Assembly: GCA_031835245.2 (NCBI GenBank)
Contig: JAVKOQ020000001.1
Span: forward strand, 248,001 to 312,000
Origin: Balamuthia mandrillaris
Taxonomy: Eukaryota
Direction of reading: 5' to 3'
Length of the DNA stretch: 64,000 nucleotides
This document shows positions 26,070 through 38,350 of the stretch, piece by piece; the first letter of the stretch is position 1; each line of letters opens with the position of its first letter. The position numbers were made by a program, and so were the translations under genes. The notes below the pieces were generated by a model that saw only the letters and a program-made list of their open reading frames with translations, was not told the origin of the DNA and made no database searches.

Positions 26070-27303
26070 CAGAAAGCAATTGCCTGATAGTAACGGAACG
26101 CAAAAGCGTGGTATGAGCGAGACGGTTCACAGTAATAGCCCACAGCCGACGGCCCAAAGACCATAGACCTGTTGTTGGACTCCATGACAACTCGGTTGTG
26201 TGTATGTGGCTGTGTGTGCTCTCAAAAAAACAAACGAACAAGAAGAAAAGAGCACAACCTGGAAGTGGTCAGAAAGAAAACGGGTAATTCCGACGAGGAA
26301 CCGACGCGTAGAGTACTGTAGGCCCACCAAATTAAAAAACAAAAGATAAACCGACATTCCCGCTTTGTGTCTATTCGTTCCGACGCCTTCCGGGTAACTT
26401 ACAGCAAGAGGAAAGAGAAAAAAAGCTTTCCAGCGGTGTGGGCGTTGGTTCCGATAAGAGCCGTTAATTTCGTTTTAAACTTTGACTTCTCATGCCTACA
26501 ACCATTCGCGCGGAAGCAACTTTCACTGCGGAAGGACCCAGCCAAGTCGGATGCCCCGTGCCACGGCCGTGCTCCGCCCGGAAAGGACAGTTTCTTGCTT
26601 TTTTTTTTTTTGCTTTTGGTTCTGAATTTTGTCGACATTTTGCAGTGCTGTAATTGTCCACAAATGTTGTACAGCTTACCCATAATGAAGATGCAGCAAC
26701 ACCAGTCGGCCCTTCAAATCAGTATTTCTGGAGATTACAGCTGTTACGGAGGGGCAAGGAAAATAAAAATAAGAGGTCTAAAAGTCTTGGTTCACCGCCA
26801 GACGATCCTGATCCACAGAGGGGCCAGTAATCTCCTAAAGGAGGTTGTCTTTCTTTCCTCTAAATGGATGTAGCTGATCTCTATGAGTCACTCTTTTTTG
26901 GATTTTTTTGTGTAAATAGGTTCTTGCTTTTTCTCTCTCATCCTATCCTGTATGCCTCACCGTGTGATCTTTTTTTTTAGGAGGTACCATTTTTTCCTTC
27001 AAAGGAATTTTTGTCTTTAATATAAGTGCTCTTTTTTCCTTCCACAAAAACGTTCATCTGTTGCCGATGTTACGGCCTTTGTTTGGATTGTCGCACACCC
27101 GCAGTCTGCTTCCGTGGAACTAGCACGGAAAATCGAACCCAGACATACCTAGGACGCCTTTCCCAACTGATAATCTGGTTGTGTTGCAGTCATCACGAAT
27201 GGCCGGTGAGGAGAAAAAACCATCCCTTTCCCCCAAAGTCCTTCTTGCTTTATTTTTAGGTTTGCAAATAACTACATAGTCGGGCACAAGTGCTGAAATC
27301 GTG

Positions 27304-28327
27304 ATGTGGCAAACGGAGGACTTGCATAACTATGACAGCCAAGAAGATCGCAGCGCCCCTGTTCCTCGGATCTCTCTTCCTTCTGTGTCAAATCTTCTGC
27401 TGGGGGATCAAACGCCACTAGTTCTTCCTTCGCTTTCCCCTTCGAGAAGGGTTGACATTTCACGTCTGCCTCCCTTCTCCTCTCTCACCAACGAGCCTTC
27501 AGCAGGTTTAGTAGGTACTCCACCGCACCCGTTTTTTGAACCTCGAACACCTCAATCCTCCCCATTCACCATGGCAAGCTCTGAACATCCTCACGATCCC
27601 TTTACTGGATCCTCCATGATCTTTCCTTTCTTCTGTACAAACTCAAGTTCCTCGCAATCTCCTACTCTCTCCTCCCTCTCTTCGCCTCCAACTTCTATCT
27701 CTTCCCTTCCGTTGTCACCACAAGTCTTCGAACCAACCACAAAACGACCGCCCAAATCAAAAAGAAAGAGAAAATCCTCTTCTAGTCCAACGCGGTCACG
27801 CAAGCATCAAAAAAAGTTTGTCACTTCCTCTTTTTTCCCACCCCTTGCTCACCTTTTTGTTTATCGTAGTGCGGAGAATGAAATGGAGTCGAGGAACCTG
27901 AGCGCCAAAGAGTCCTCCTCCAAGTCGTCCATCTCGTCTGGTTACTCCGAGGACCGCCAAATAACTGTAAAAATATCTGAAATGCGAGGTCGAATTCCGA
28001 GCTATCTCAGGACAGGCTTTGCCTGTCTCGCCTGTGGAACCAAGAAAACTTCTCAATGGCGCAGAGGACCCACTGGGACAACCACGTACGTTTTGTTTAT
28101 CTTTTCTCTCATCGCTTTGTTCGATGTCCTCCCTGTTAAACCTTTGCGTAACAGAAGATCAGCAACTAATCCCATCATTTGAAACCTTTTCTTTGAACTT
28201 GTCATGCAGACTCTGCAATGCCTGTGGATTGTCCTTTGCAAGGACGCAAGAGTTGCCTCCACCCGGAAGAACTAAAAAAGTTAGGAAGCAACCTGCTGTA
28301 CCAAAGAAGAAATTATCTCGACCGTAG
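27304..28327 (+). CDS. GATA zinc-finger transcription factor (copy 1)
   Basis: CLACGTKKTSQWRRGPTGTT|TLCNACGL (CX2CX18CX2C), split by an intron at about 28086-28209; S/P-rich N-terminus. Confidence 0.92.
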
Positions 28328-28787
28328 CTGGAGGCGCAAAGCAAACAGGCTTGCATTTCCAACCTTTTCTTTCATTGTTAACTTTCCAGCGAAATTTGCC
28401 CTCAAAACTACGCCTGAGAGCGATATGGAGGGGCGAAGAAGGAGACTTTTGGGTTGCACCACCAGATCTTGTTATTCTCCTTTTACCACGAGCAGATCCA
28501 ATAATATTTTTTGGTCTTCTGGCACGGGATAGGCCACAGAAGAACAACAGTTCCGAAATTCCAAAAAAAAGAAGAGACCATCTATCCATACTTTCTTTGC
28601 AAACACACGTGCGCATGCCCACACCATGCGTCCACTCTGTTTTTCCAAACTGTTGTGTTGAAAAAGCTAAACCACAATATATTGGTTTTCTGTTCCTATG
28701 CAACTTTGGGTTTTTTTAAATACGACTTCGCGAAAAAGAAAGACTTCACTGCTGCTAAGACTTGTCTTGAGGACTGAACGTTGAGAG

Positions 28788-29864
28788 ATGTGGCCGATAA
28801 AAGAGAGGCAGCCCAACAACCCAGTGGGAGGCATCAACTCTGCGCCTTGGTTTTCGCTGCCCTCCCTTTCTAGCCTTCCGTGTTACGAGCCTTGGGAACC
28901 AGACCACCCTCCCATTCTTCTCCCTCCCATCAAGGAGCGCTTGCCACCCATAGCTTTTCTTACCTCAGAAACTTTTTCAAGATCTTTCTTTCTGCACCCT
29001 CCCTCTCTTGAACGTACTCAGGCAAGCGCTCAAACCAGACAGCAACCTACTCCTCCCTTCTGTTTTTCTTCTGCAGAAGCAGAAACGTCAGATGACCTCT
29101 TTGCTGCTTCAGGAAGAGGGTTAGCTTGTTGTACAGCGCATTCTTCAAGCTGCTCTGGGTCTTCACCCTCCAACTCTTCATCCACGCTTCCTCCTTTTCT
29201 GTTTTCGTCACCTGCAGCGCAAACAACTGCAATCCCATTGTCTGCATCTACTTCCTCACCTACGTCCTTTGATTCCTCAGAGGACGAAACGCCTTACAGT
29301 AATCCAAAACGAAATAGAGAATCCTCAGTTCAGGTGAATGCCAAAGAAAAAAAAATGAAGAAAAAGTATAAAAACCTCTCATCTTTTTTCTCTTAGTTTC
29401 TCACCATCTTTCGTTATTATCGACAGAAACAAACATCGAGAAAAAGAAGTCAAATGTAGGCGTACCAACAAGCCCTCTCCTTCGTCACCATCATCTTCCT
29501 CTGAGGGTTCAGATGGCGGTCATGTTACGGTCAAAGTGTCAGAGATGCGTGGGCGCATCCCGAGCTTTCTTCGCGGTGGGTTTTCCTGCGAGTCCTGCAA
29601 AACACAACATACCTCCCAATGGCGTAGAGGACCCAGTGGGGCCACCACGTACGTCTTAAATTTTTTCTTTCTCTCCCTCTTGCTCTCTCTTTCTCTCTTT
29701 GTGTGCAAAATATGCTAATCTTTTCTTTGTGTACCCGCAGACTCTGCAACGCATGTGGCCTGTACTTCGCAAGAACCAAACAATTTCCGCCGCCCGGAAG
29801 AAGAAAGGAAAAACAGTCGCGAAAGGGGAGTTCCGCACAGCTACCCCTGGATAGCAACCATTGA
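28788..29864 (+). CDS. GATA zinc-finger transcription factor (copy 2)
   Basis: CESCKTQHTSQWRRGPSGAT|TLCNACGLYF, with the same intron position as copy 1; stop TGA at 29862-29864. Confidence 0.92.
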
Positions 29865-30004
29865 CCCAACTAGATAGCTTCTCTTGTTGTAGAATAACTG
29901 GTGGCACAGATGTCATTAATTAATTGTACATAAACATGTTTTCTGATTAATAATTGGTGCTTTGAACTCCTTAACTTTCCACCCGAAATTCCGCGAGGGG
30001 AGGG

Positions 30005-30012
30005 TGACGTCA
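30005..30012. promoter_or_regulatory. CRE-type palindrome TGACGTCA upstream of PDK
   Basis: Perfect match about 270 bp before ATG 30284. Confidence 0.35.
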
Positions 30013-30283
30013 ATTTCACGGAATACCCCTCAAGCATTTCCCTTCTTAAAAATGGCACAAGTTTCACCAGGAGAACCAGCAGGCGGAGCATCCACCGCCA
30101 TTTCGTTTGGTTTTGTTTTGGTTTCTTTTAAAATTGTTCTTTGTTATATTTATTTCCCTAGGGGACACTTTTTTTTTTTTGCCTTCCACCTCCTCCTCCT
30201 CCTCCTCCTCGTCATAATCATCTGTTTCTTTGGTTTTTTTTTTTTGGGATTACCAAAGCCGTTTTTTTGTGTGCGTTTGTTCG

Positions 30284-32581
30284 ATGTGGCTTTCACGACA
30301 GTCAGGACGGCTGCAGCTGGGGCTTGCTGCTGGCTCCACTGGTTGTCCCTTGGGTCTCTCATGTGGTTTTTCCTCCAGAGCTAGGAGCAGCAGCGGCTTT
30401 GCTTTTCTTCTTTCTTCTTCTTCTTCTTCTGCCTCTACCACCTGCGTTTCCCTCACTCACAACAACGCTGGTGCTGCTCGCTCCTACGCTCTCCCTCCTG
30501 TCGCACACCAACAGCTCTCGCCCTTCTTGTCCACTCCGTCCTTTCCTTCCTCTTCTTCCTCTTCAACCTCATCTTCCCTCTCATCAACACCCTCCTCCTC
30601 TTCACCCTCACAAGACAATCTTCTCACAGAGATCAACGAATACTCAAAACGAGCGCAAACGCCCATCTCCCTCAAACAGTTTGTGCTGTTCGGCAAGCAG
30701 GTCACCTCGGAGCACGAGAAGAACGAGGCCGCCCTGCGCTCCTGCGAGTTCCTCCGCAGGGAGCTGCCCGTGCGCCTGGCCCACATGCACAGAGAGTTTG
30801 ACGTGCTGCCAGCTGAACTGCGGCAGACCACGTCCGTTGAGTTGGTCAGGAAGTGGTATGAGCACAGCTTTCGGGAGGTGCTGCGTAACAAACAAGAGGC
30901 TGAGGTTAGGTTTCTTTTTTTCTCTTCTCGTTGGTGGTTGTTGTGTTATCTCTGCTCTTCTCTTTTTATTCTTGTTACTCTCTTCTTTATTTGCTTTTTC
31001 TGTTGTCTTTGCTCTCTTTTCTTTTCTCTCTGTCTTTTGTCACTCATCGTGCAAAGTTCACCATGTACAGCTTGCAAGAGAAAAGCGAAAGAATATGACA
31101 GCAGAAGAGCAGTGTAGTGAGGAGGAGAAGGAGATAGCCGAGTTTGGGAAGTTGCTGCAACAAACGTTAGAACGACACGCTCCCGTTGTCACAACAATGG
31201 CTCGTGGTGTTTTGGAAGTGAAAGAAAAGCTTGGCGAAGATTTTCTCTATGAAACTTCTTTACAACACTTTCTTGGTTTGTGTTCCTTTGCCCTCTTTTA
31301 TTTGTTCCTCTCTCCTATTGAGACTTATTCTTTTTTAGATCGTTTTTATATGAATCGTATTGGCATTCGTATGTTGATACAGCAACATCTTGGCATCATC
31401 AAAGACCGTCTCCACATCCGACAAAACGGAAAAGCAAAGGAAGGGGCTAAAGTCTCTCCTTCTATTCGTTGGGTAGGCGAAATTGGTACTTTTCGTTTGT
31501 GTTTATCGATTCTATCTTGTTCTTGTTTCTTCCTTTGCCATTACTCATATTTTGAACAAAAATCAGATCGTCAATGTGATGTGCGGTTAATAACCGAAGA
31601 TGCTGGAGAGAATGCAATGCTCCTTTGTCAAACCAACTATGGCGTTACTCCCAAAGTAAAAGTTATAACGCCAGGCGATGACCATCCTACATTTCCTTAC
31701 GTCCCTTCTCACCTTTATCACATCTGCTTTGAATTACTCAAGGTTGCTATCATCTTCGTATTGTTCTTATTCTTGTATTTGTTCTTCTTCTTCTGCTCTC
31801 TTTCTAACTTTGTTTCAAAATTACCCTGTGTTTATATAAAAGAATTCTATAAGAGCAGTGGTGGAGCAACACTATCTATCTCACAAAGTTGAGAACGAGG
31901 ATGATTTGCCTCCCATTCGTGTTGTCATAGTTAAAGGCAAGCGATTCCTCCACTCTTTCTTTGCTTTTTCGCTTTAGTTTCTTTTCACTTTTCTTGGCAT
32001 TTTCTTCTCTTTGTTCTCTCCCTTTCTCTCTCTCTTGGATGTTTCTTACGGTCTTTTTAGGAGGAGAAGACATGACGATAAAAATAAGCGATGAGGGAGG
32101 CGGCATTCCTCGCAACGCCGTCAATCACCTTTTCAGCTATCATTACACAACGGCCCAACTGCCGAGCTCCTCCACCGACAGCCCCGCTGGAACCGACATG
32201 AACAGCGCCCCCATGGCTGGTTAGTTTTCGTCGTTTTGTTACTTTTAGTTATATTGTATTTATCTTCTACTTATCCTCTTTTTTGTTTTGCAGGTTTTGG
32301 TTATGGTATTCCATTGAGTAGATTGTACGCTCGTTACTTTGGAGGTGACCTCCAGATCGTATCCATGGTATCTCTTCATTCTTCTTTTGTGTTTCTATCA
32401 GTCTTCTTTCTTAACATCAAAATACAAACAACTATTGAAGGAGGGATTCGGGACAGATGCTTATGTTCATTTGAGAGTGGCTGGCGATACGGCAGAGGTG
32501 TTGCCCATCTTCGACAGCAAGGCCAAGGGCTTTAGCAACCATGCTGGCTTTTGGAGCTCAGAGTTTAGACCAGCCATGTAG
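30284..32581 (+). CDS. PDK: Mitochondrial pyruvate/branched-chain ketoacid dehydrogenase kinase family (PDK-like)
   Basis: R/S-rich presequence; [80 protein letters not shown]. Confidence 0.93.
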
Positions 32582-32800
32582 AGAAGAAACGCGACAAGCG
32601 CATCTCTCATCGGACACTGCGTTTCAAGGGTTGTTTTTTTGTTTAATGCGATTTTTTTGTTTGTAGAGTTGTTTATAGGGAAGTAGCCAAGCGAAGTAGT
32701 TGTTGTGCATATCCCACGCTTCCCTTATTATTTTTTTTTTGTCCAATAATCACACTTTATCAGTCCTCATTCTTCCCGCCTCTCTTCTTTCTTTCTTCTC

Positions 32801-32808
32801 TGACGTCA
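32801..32808. promoter_or_regulatory. CRE-type palindrome TGACGTCA (plus ATTGG box) upstream of the DAGK gene
   Basis: Perfect match about 170 bp before ATG 32978; GATTGG at 32841. Confidence 0.35.
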
Positions 32809-32977
32809 TCCATCGGGAAAGGATTCATAATCAACTTCCCGATTGGCCAAAACTCAACGAATAATTCCTCCGATGTTCTCTTATTGGGCAACAAATGGAG
32901 TTCTTATCTGTGAACCCGCCGCGAACTTATTTTAAGAGCCGGTTGGCCAGAGAGAGAGAGAGAGCAAAAATAAAAAG

Positions 32978-34492
32978 ATGGAAGAACCCAAAGAAGAGCG
33001 TCAGATGGCGCCAGAGGAAGGGGGAGGAGAAGAAGAGAAGACACCCTCCTCCTCCTCCACTTCCTCGGATATCGACCTCCTGCATTTGGCGTTGGAGTTC
33101 AAGAAGAACGTGACCACCAGCACGCAAAAGCACTTTCTCAAAAAGTACAACGATGTGTTTAATGGTTTGCTGATTTGTTTTTGTTTTTGTTTTTCTTTTG
33201 ATGAACCAACCTTCCTTTCTACGTTTTTTTTCTTTTGTGCTTATTATTTTTTAAAGGCAAAGATGCGTCCGATTGGTTGATGTCTTGGTGCAGCGTAACA
33301 CTGGACAGAGCGGAAGAGATTGGGGAGATGCTGCGCGGACAAGGCCTCTTTGAGAACGTCAAAGGAACTCAATGCTTCAAAGCCGACAAAAATCTCTTCT
33401 TTCGTTTCTCGGTTCGAAAATTTATTTTGATGATTACCCTCTTTTTCTTTTTCTTTTTCTTTTTCTTTTTCTTTTCTTTCTCAAACCAAAACAAAGGAAG
33501 AAGAGGAGGACAGCACAAACTTTGAGGTGCCGGATGAGAGCTGTGAGCTGAACTCTGTGACTGGCATATTTACCCGGCTTCGTCTTCACAAAGATTGCTT
33601 TCAACCGAATGCGAACGCTTCGGAACATGAACCAAAGTTTATTGTAAGCATCTGTCTTCAGCCTTCTGGCTCTTTCATCTGCGCTCCTCTATCTCCTTTC
33701 TCCTTCTTCCGTTTTTCTCGTTCATGCTTCTTCTCTTATCGTACTTTTGGATGTTGAAAGATAAAAGCGCCGAAAGGAAGCACTCCGCTCGTTGTGTTTA
33801 TCAACAAAAAGTCGGGGGGCCAACAAGGCAAAGCCCTGGAACAACAGTTCTCCAGTTTGTTGCACCCCAATCAAGTTTATGACCTTTCCGAAGGCGGTCC
33901 TATGGCCGGGTACTGTTCTCTTCTGCCACTCTTCTATTCTCTGCTTCCCTTGTTCTCCCTGAAGCAACTAAGACGGCTAACATCACTCAACTTTTAAACA
34001 CTAGCCTGTTGCAATTCAAAGATGTTCCCAATCACTTGGTATTGGGTTGTGGCGGCGATGGAACCATCGGATGGATACTTTCCGTCATGGACAAGATTGA
34101 TTACAAAGGAAGCCATCCTCCCGTTGGCATCCTACCCTTGGGCACAGGCAATGACATCAGCAGGGTTACAGGATGGGGTCCTGGCTATCGTGGAGAACGT
34201 ATCTCCACCATTCTGACGGCCATCGCCCAGGCTCAAAGCAAAGCGGTGGATCGATGGAAGATCACTATGCAACAAACAGGCGGAGATAAGAAAGCTACCA
34301 CCCATGTCATGAGTACGATTCGTTTCTCGTGTTGTAGGTTTTCCATTTACTTTTTCATCTTTCTTATTGTTCTATTTTTTCCAACAGACAATTATATGAG
34401 TTTTGGTTTTGACGCTCAAATCGCACTTCAGTTCCACGAAGCAAGGAATGCTCATCCCAAACGATTCTCCAATCGCAACGTAAACAAGGTGG

Positions 34493-34536
<44 letters not shown>

Positions 34537-34824
34537 TCTCTCCCTTCATTTTGTTCTTCATTTTCGTCTCTCTCGCTCCCTCTCTCCCTCTCTCTCTCTC
34601 TCTCTCTACTCTTAAAAAGTTATGGTATGTGCGATATGGGGCTGGCTCGATGCTCTCACGAGGCAAACCCCTGGGCAAATTATTACAATGTGAAGTGGAT
34701 GGTGAAGTGATCGATCTTCAAAGTTGTGGTGCCCTTGTCATTCTTAACATTCCGAGCTATAGGTATTAAACCTCCTGGTCGAGCTTATCTCCTCTTAATC
34801 GTTCTCTCTCTCTCTCTCTCTCTC

Positions 34825-34865
<41 letters not shown>

Positions 34866-35657
34866 GTGAAACTAAGTCACATCTCCAAAAAGTGCTGGAG
34901 CTGATATTTGGGGAAGTAAAGAAGACGAGCACTTTAAAGCTCCCTCTTTTAACGATAAACTAGTGGAGATAGTTGGCATCAAAAGCAGCACTCACATGGG
35001 CCGCATCCAATCCAAGCTTAGCAGCGGCATACGGCTGGGACAGGGCTCCAAGGTCGTTGTCAAATATTTAGAAGACAATCCGATCCCTTGTCAAGTTGAC
35101 GGCGAGCCTTTTCGTCAGGTTCACTCGCTGCTTCTTTCTCTTTTCTTCATACTTGGCACCATACTTTCCGAGGAACCATTTTTTTCTAAATGAAAACAAA
35201 CACAAAGTCACCAGCTGTGGTTACCATTGAACATCACAACCAAGCGATAATGTTGATATGCCCGGAGGAGGTAAAGGAAGGATTAGGTTCCATCGAATAT
35301 GAACTTGCCCAAACGGAACTGGAAAAACTAGCCGTTCTCTTTTCAGATCCTTTGCAAGGTCCGAGAATCAAGGAACGAGTTCGTCGCAAAATGCAAAGAC
35401 ATAAAGTACGAAAACAAGAAACACAAACAACAAACCAGCCTATAAACTTACTTTTTGAAATTGTACAACAACAGAACGTATTTAGTGGAGAGGAGGCAGT
35501 TGACTGGATCATGTATCGCTTGAAAGAAGAGGACAGGGCAAAGGCCTGGAAGGTTGGCCAACAACTGATGGACATGGGTATCTTTGACCACGTTACAGGG
35601 CACCATAAAAGCTTTAGAGACCAGGCCCTTCATTACAAGTTTAAGGTTTAGAGTTCC

Positions 35658-35688
<31 letters not shown>

Positions 35689-38036
35689 ACACTTATTTGT
35701 TCACCGACAAAACTTTTCCTTTTCTTTTCCTTTTCTTTTGTTTTTTTTTTTTTGAAGGCAACAACCCAAGAAAGCTTGAATACGGCCGTCGTTCCAGCTG
35801 TGACTGATCCTTTCTTAGCAATTGTACAAGTATCAGGTTTGTTATTAGCACTGTTGGTGTTGTTTGTGGCTACTCTTTCTTGTTATGCTTAACTCCTGAG
35901 ATTGAAACTAACGAGCCAAATAGTATTGGGAGGAAAAGGCATTCCTGTGAAGAAGAACGTGAAAGTTCAAGTGGATTGCGATTATCAGAGATATGTCACA
36001 CAACCGATCACAACTAGCTCCAACACTGTCTGGAACGAAACCTTTCATTTGTTCGTCCTCCTTCTCCTCTTTTCTTTTCTTTCTTCTTTGTTATTCTTAT
36101 TAGCCTTCACTATGTGTCTGTCACCACTTTTATTTTTATTTGTTTTAAAGCGTTGTATCTTTGTCGGACGCTGTGATTACCGCCTCGATAAAGGGAGTCG
36201 GTTACATCTCTATTCCTATCGCTTTGCTCGATCCCAGCTCCGCGAGAGCAGGATGTTATGCTCTGTTGCCCCATCGTGACAAGAAGTTCGGCACAGACCA
36301 TTTGGGAGAACTTCAACTCAGAATGACCATACAGTATGCCAGGGTACTTATCTCCTTGTCCATCTCCATCTTCCTTCCTTTTTCTTTGTTTCTTCGTCCT
36401 TTTATCTTTCTTGTCGTTTCTTGTCATTTCTTTCTTGCTTGCTTTTTTTATTTTGTGTGTTTCTTTCTTTTCTCATATTATTTTTCCTTTTGTTGGAAAA
36501 CAGAACACGACAGATGGTGGCAACTTTAGGGGTTTACTTCCTTTCAAGAATCCAGTCCCAAAGAGGACTCGTATGCAGAGAATAGGCGAGCGTGCTCGTG
36601 TACGGAGAAGCTTCAAAGAAACGGCTACTTCCGCGCCTGCATCATCAGGTCCTATAGAATCGGAAGAGAAGTCCAAAGAAAAGATTTCTGCTCCTTCTAA
36701 AGGAGTTGGAAGTGGCTCTCTTATCGATTCTGGATCAGAGTCCCCTCAAACTGGCCCACTATCTGCTTCTTCTCCTGCTTCATTCTTTGATGCTTCTACC
36801 TCTTCTTCTTCTTCAGATGACACTCTTGAAGAAACGGCAAATAAGAGGAAACAAACTGCTTCGTTGAGAAACTTCAAGTCTAATATCAGATCGTCCAAGA
36901 AAGGATTGTCGGAGGCAAATCATCGCTGTTGTGCCAACTTTAATAACTTGTTCAACACTCATACCTCTACAAAGCCTGCCTCTGTTATTCCCAAGATTAC
37001 TGCTCTCTTTGAGTACGGCAGAACACCTGCTAGGTTAGTTAATTAACCCCTCCCTCCCTCCTCTCTCTCTCTCCCCTCTCTCCCTTCCTTCCGCTGTCAT
37101 TTCCTCAAGCGCCAACAAATAAAACACAACAGAGATACATCAGTAGCAGTCTTCATCCAAGCAACATCCTCAGGGCAATCTCAATGGGACTCTCTCGGGG
37201 AGCATCGCACTGACTCCTCTGGGCAGCTCAGCATTCCTCTTCCCGAGCGTTACTCCAGCCAAGCCGGCTACTACCGCGTGCGCTGTGTGGTCCTGGACGA
37301 CGGCTCCGTTGCCGCCGGCCAGCTTTTCCTTGTCGACCCCGGCACGGAGCTTATCGTCATGGACATGGACGGCACGCTCACCGTGGGTGACCAGGAGGTG
37401 GTCAAGCAGTTCATGGCAGAGGGGGCAGGACTGGGCTCGAAAGTCGACCTAAAGCAGCGCGACGGGGCCGTCTCCATGGTGAGAGCCTGGGTCAGCAAGG
37501 GCTACCTCCCGGTCTATCTCAGCGGGCGACAGGGCTCCTTTTACAACCTTACGAGGGAGTGGTTGGAGGTGCATGGCTACCCGCCGGGGCCTATACAGCT
37601 GACGGATACGCATATGCCCACACTACCGGTCTATAGTTCCGTGGGCAACTTCAAGGTGGCCTACATGAAGTATTTGATGAACGATCTAAAGCTGAAGATC
37701 CCTGCTGTTTATGGTTTGAGAAGTTTTATTTTGTGTTTGTCTTTCTTGGCTTACCCCAAGTTTTATAACAGGAAATACAAAGACGGATATAAGAGCGTAT
37801 GGTGAAGTTGGAATTGACAAACAAACTACATTTATTGTTGGTCCATTTGGGTTCGCTTCTCTCCGCTCTCCTTTATCTGTCTTCGTTTTTTCTAACTTTT
37901 TTCGAAAAACATTACCGGGTAAAGCGGAAGGAATGGGACGGTAGAAATTGGTAACGGCTTCGTTGAGCACATCAAAGATGTTTTAGAGTTTGATCCACCA
38001 GAAGTCATAATGCCCAACATATGTATCGAGTGGTGA
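32978..38036 (+). CDS. Diacylglycerol kinase with DEP, DEP, C2 and C-terminal LNS2 (lipin/Nir-like HAD) domains
   Basis: DAGK motifs FINKKSGG, GGDGT, PLGTGND, NYMSFGFDA, QVDGEPF. DEP motifs F.GKDASDWL and FSGEEAVDWI. C2 motif VWNETF. LNS2 motifs DMDGT, YLSGR, FK, YGNTKTD. Confidence 0.9.
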
Positions 38037-38350
38037 ACGACAACTTCAAAACCCATTTTTTTTGTCTTTTCTTTTCCCCAAAGCGAGAGCAGAGAGAGAG
38101 AGAGAGAGAGAGAGAGGGATAGAGAGAGAGAGAGAGAGAGAGAGAGGGATAGAGAGAGAGAGAGAGAGGAGAGATAAGAAGAGAAGGAAAGGAAACAATA
38201 ATTTATAATAATTTGGATAATAGTGAAAAAGTGAGATAATAATCGATTCTCATTAAAAATGCCAAAAAATAATCGACGATAGAAATCTGGCGTTACAAAA
38301 ATAAAAAGAAAGAAGAAAGTGGATTTCAGGAAACACACCAAACATTTTCG

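Noticed and set aside
25600..27250. ORFs of 100-170 aa upstream of the GATA pair
   Set aside because: Low-complexity and overlapping on both strands; more likely regulatory or UTR sequence.
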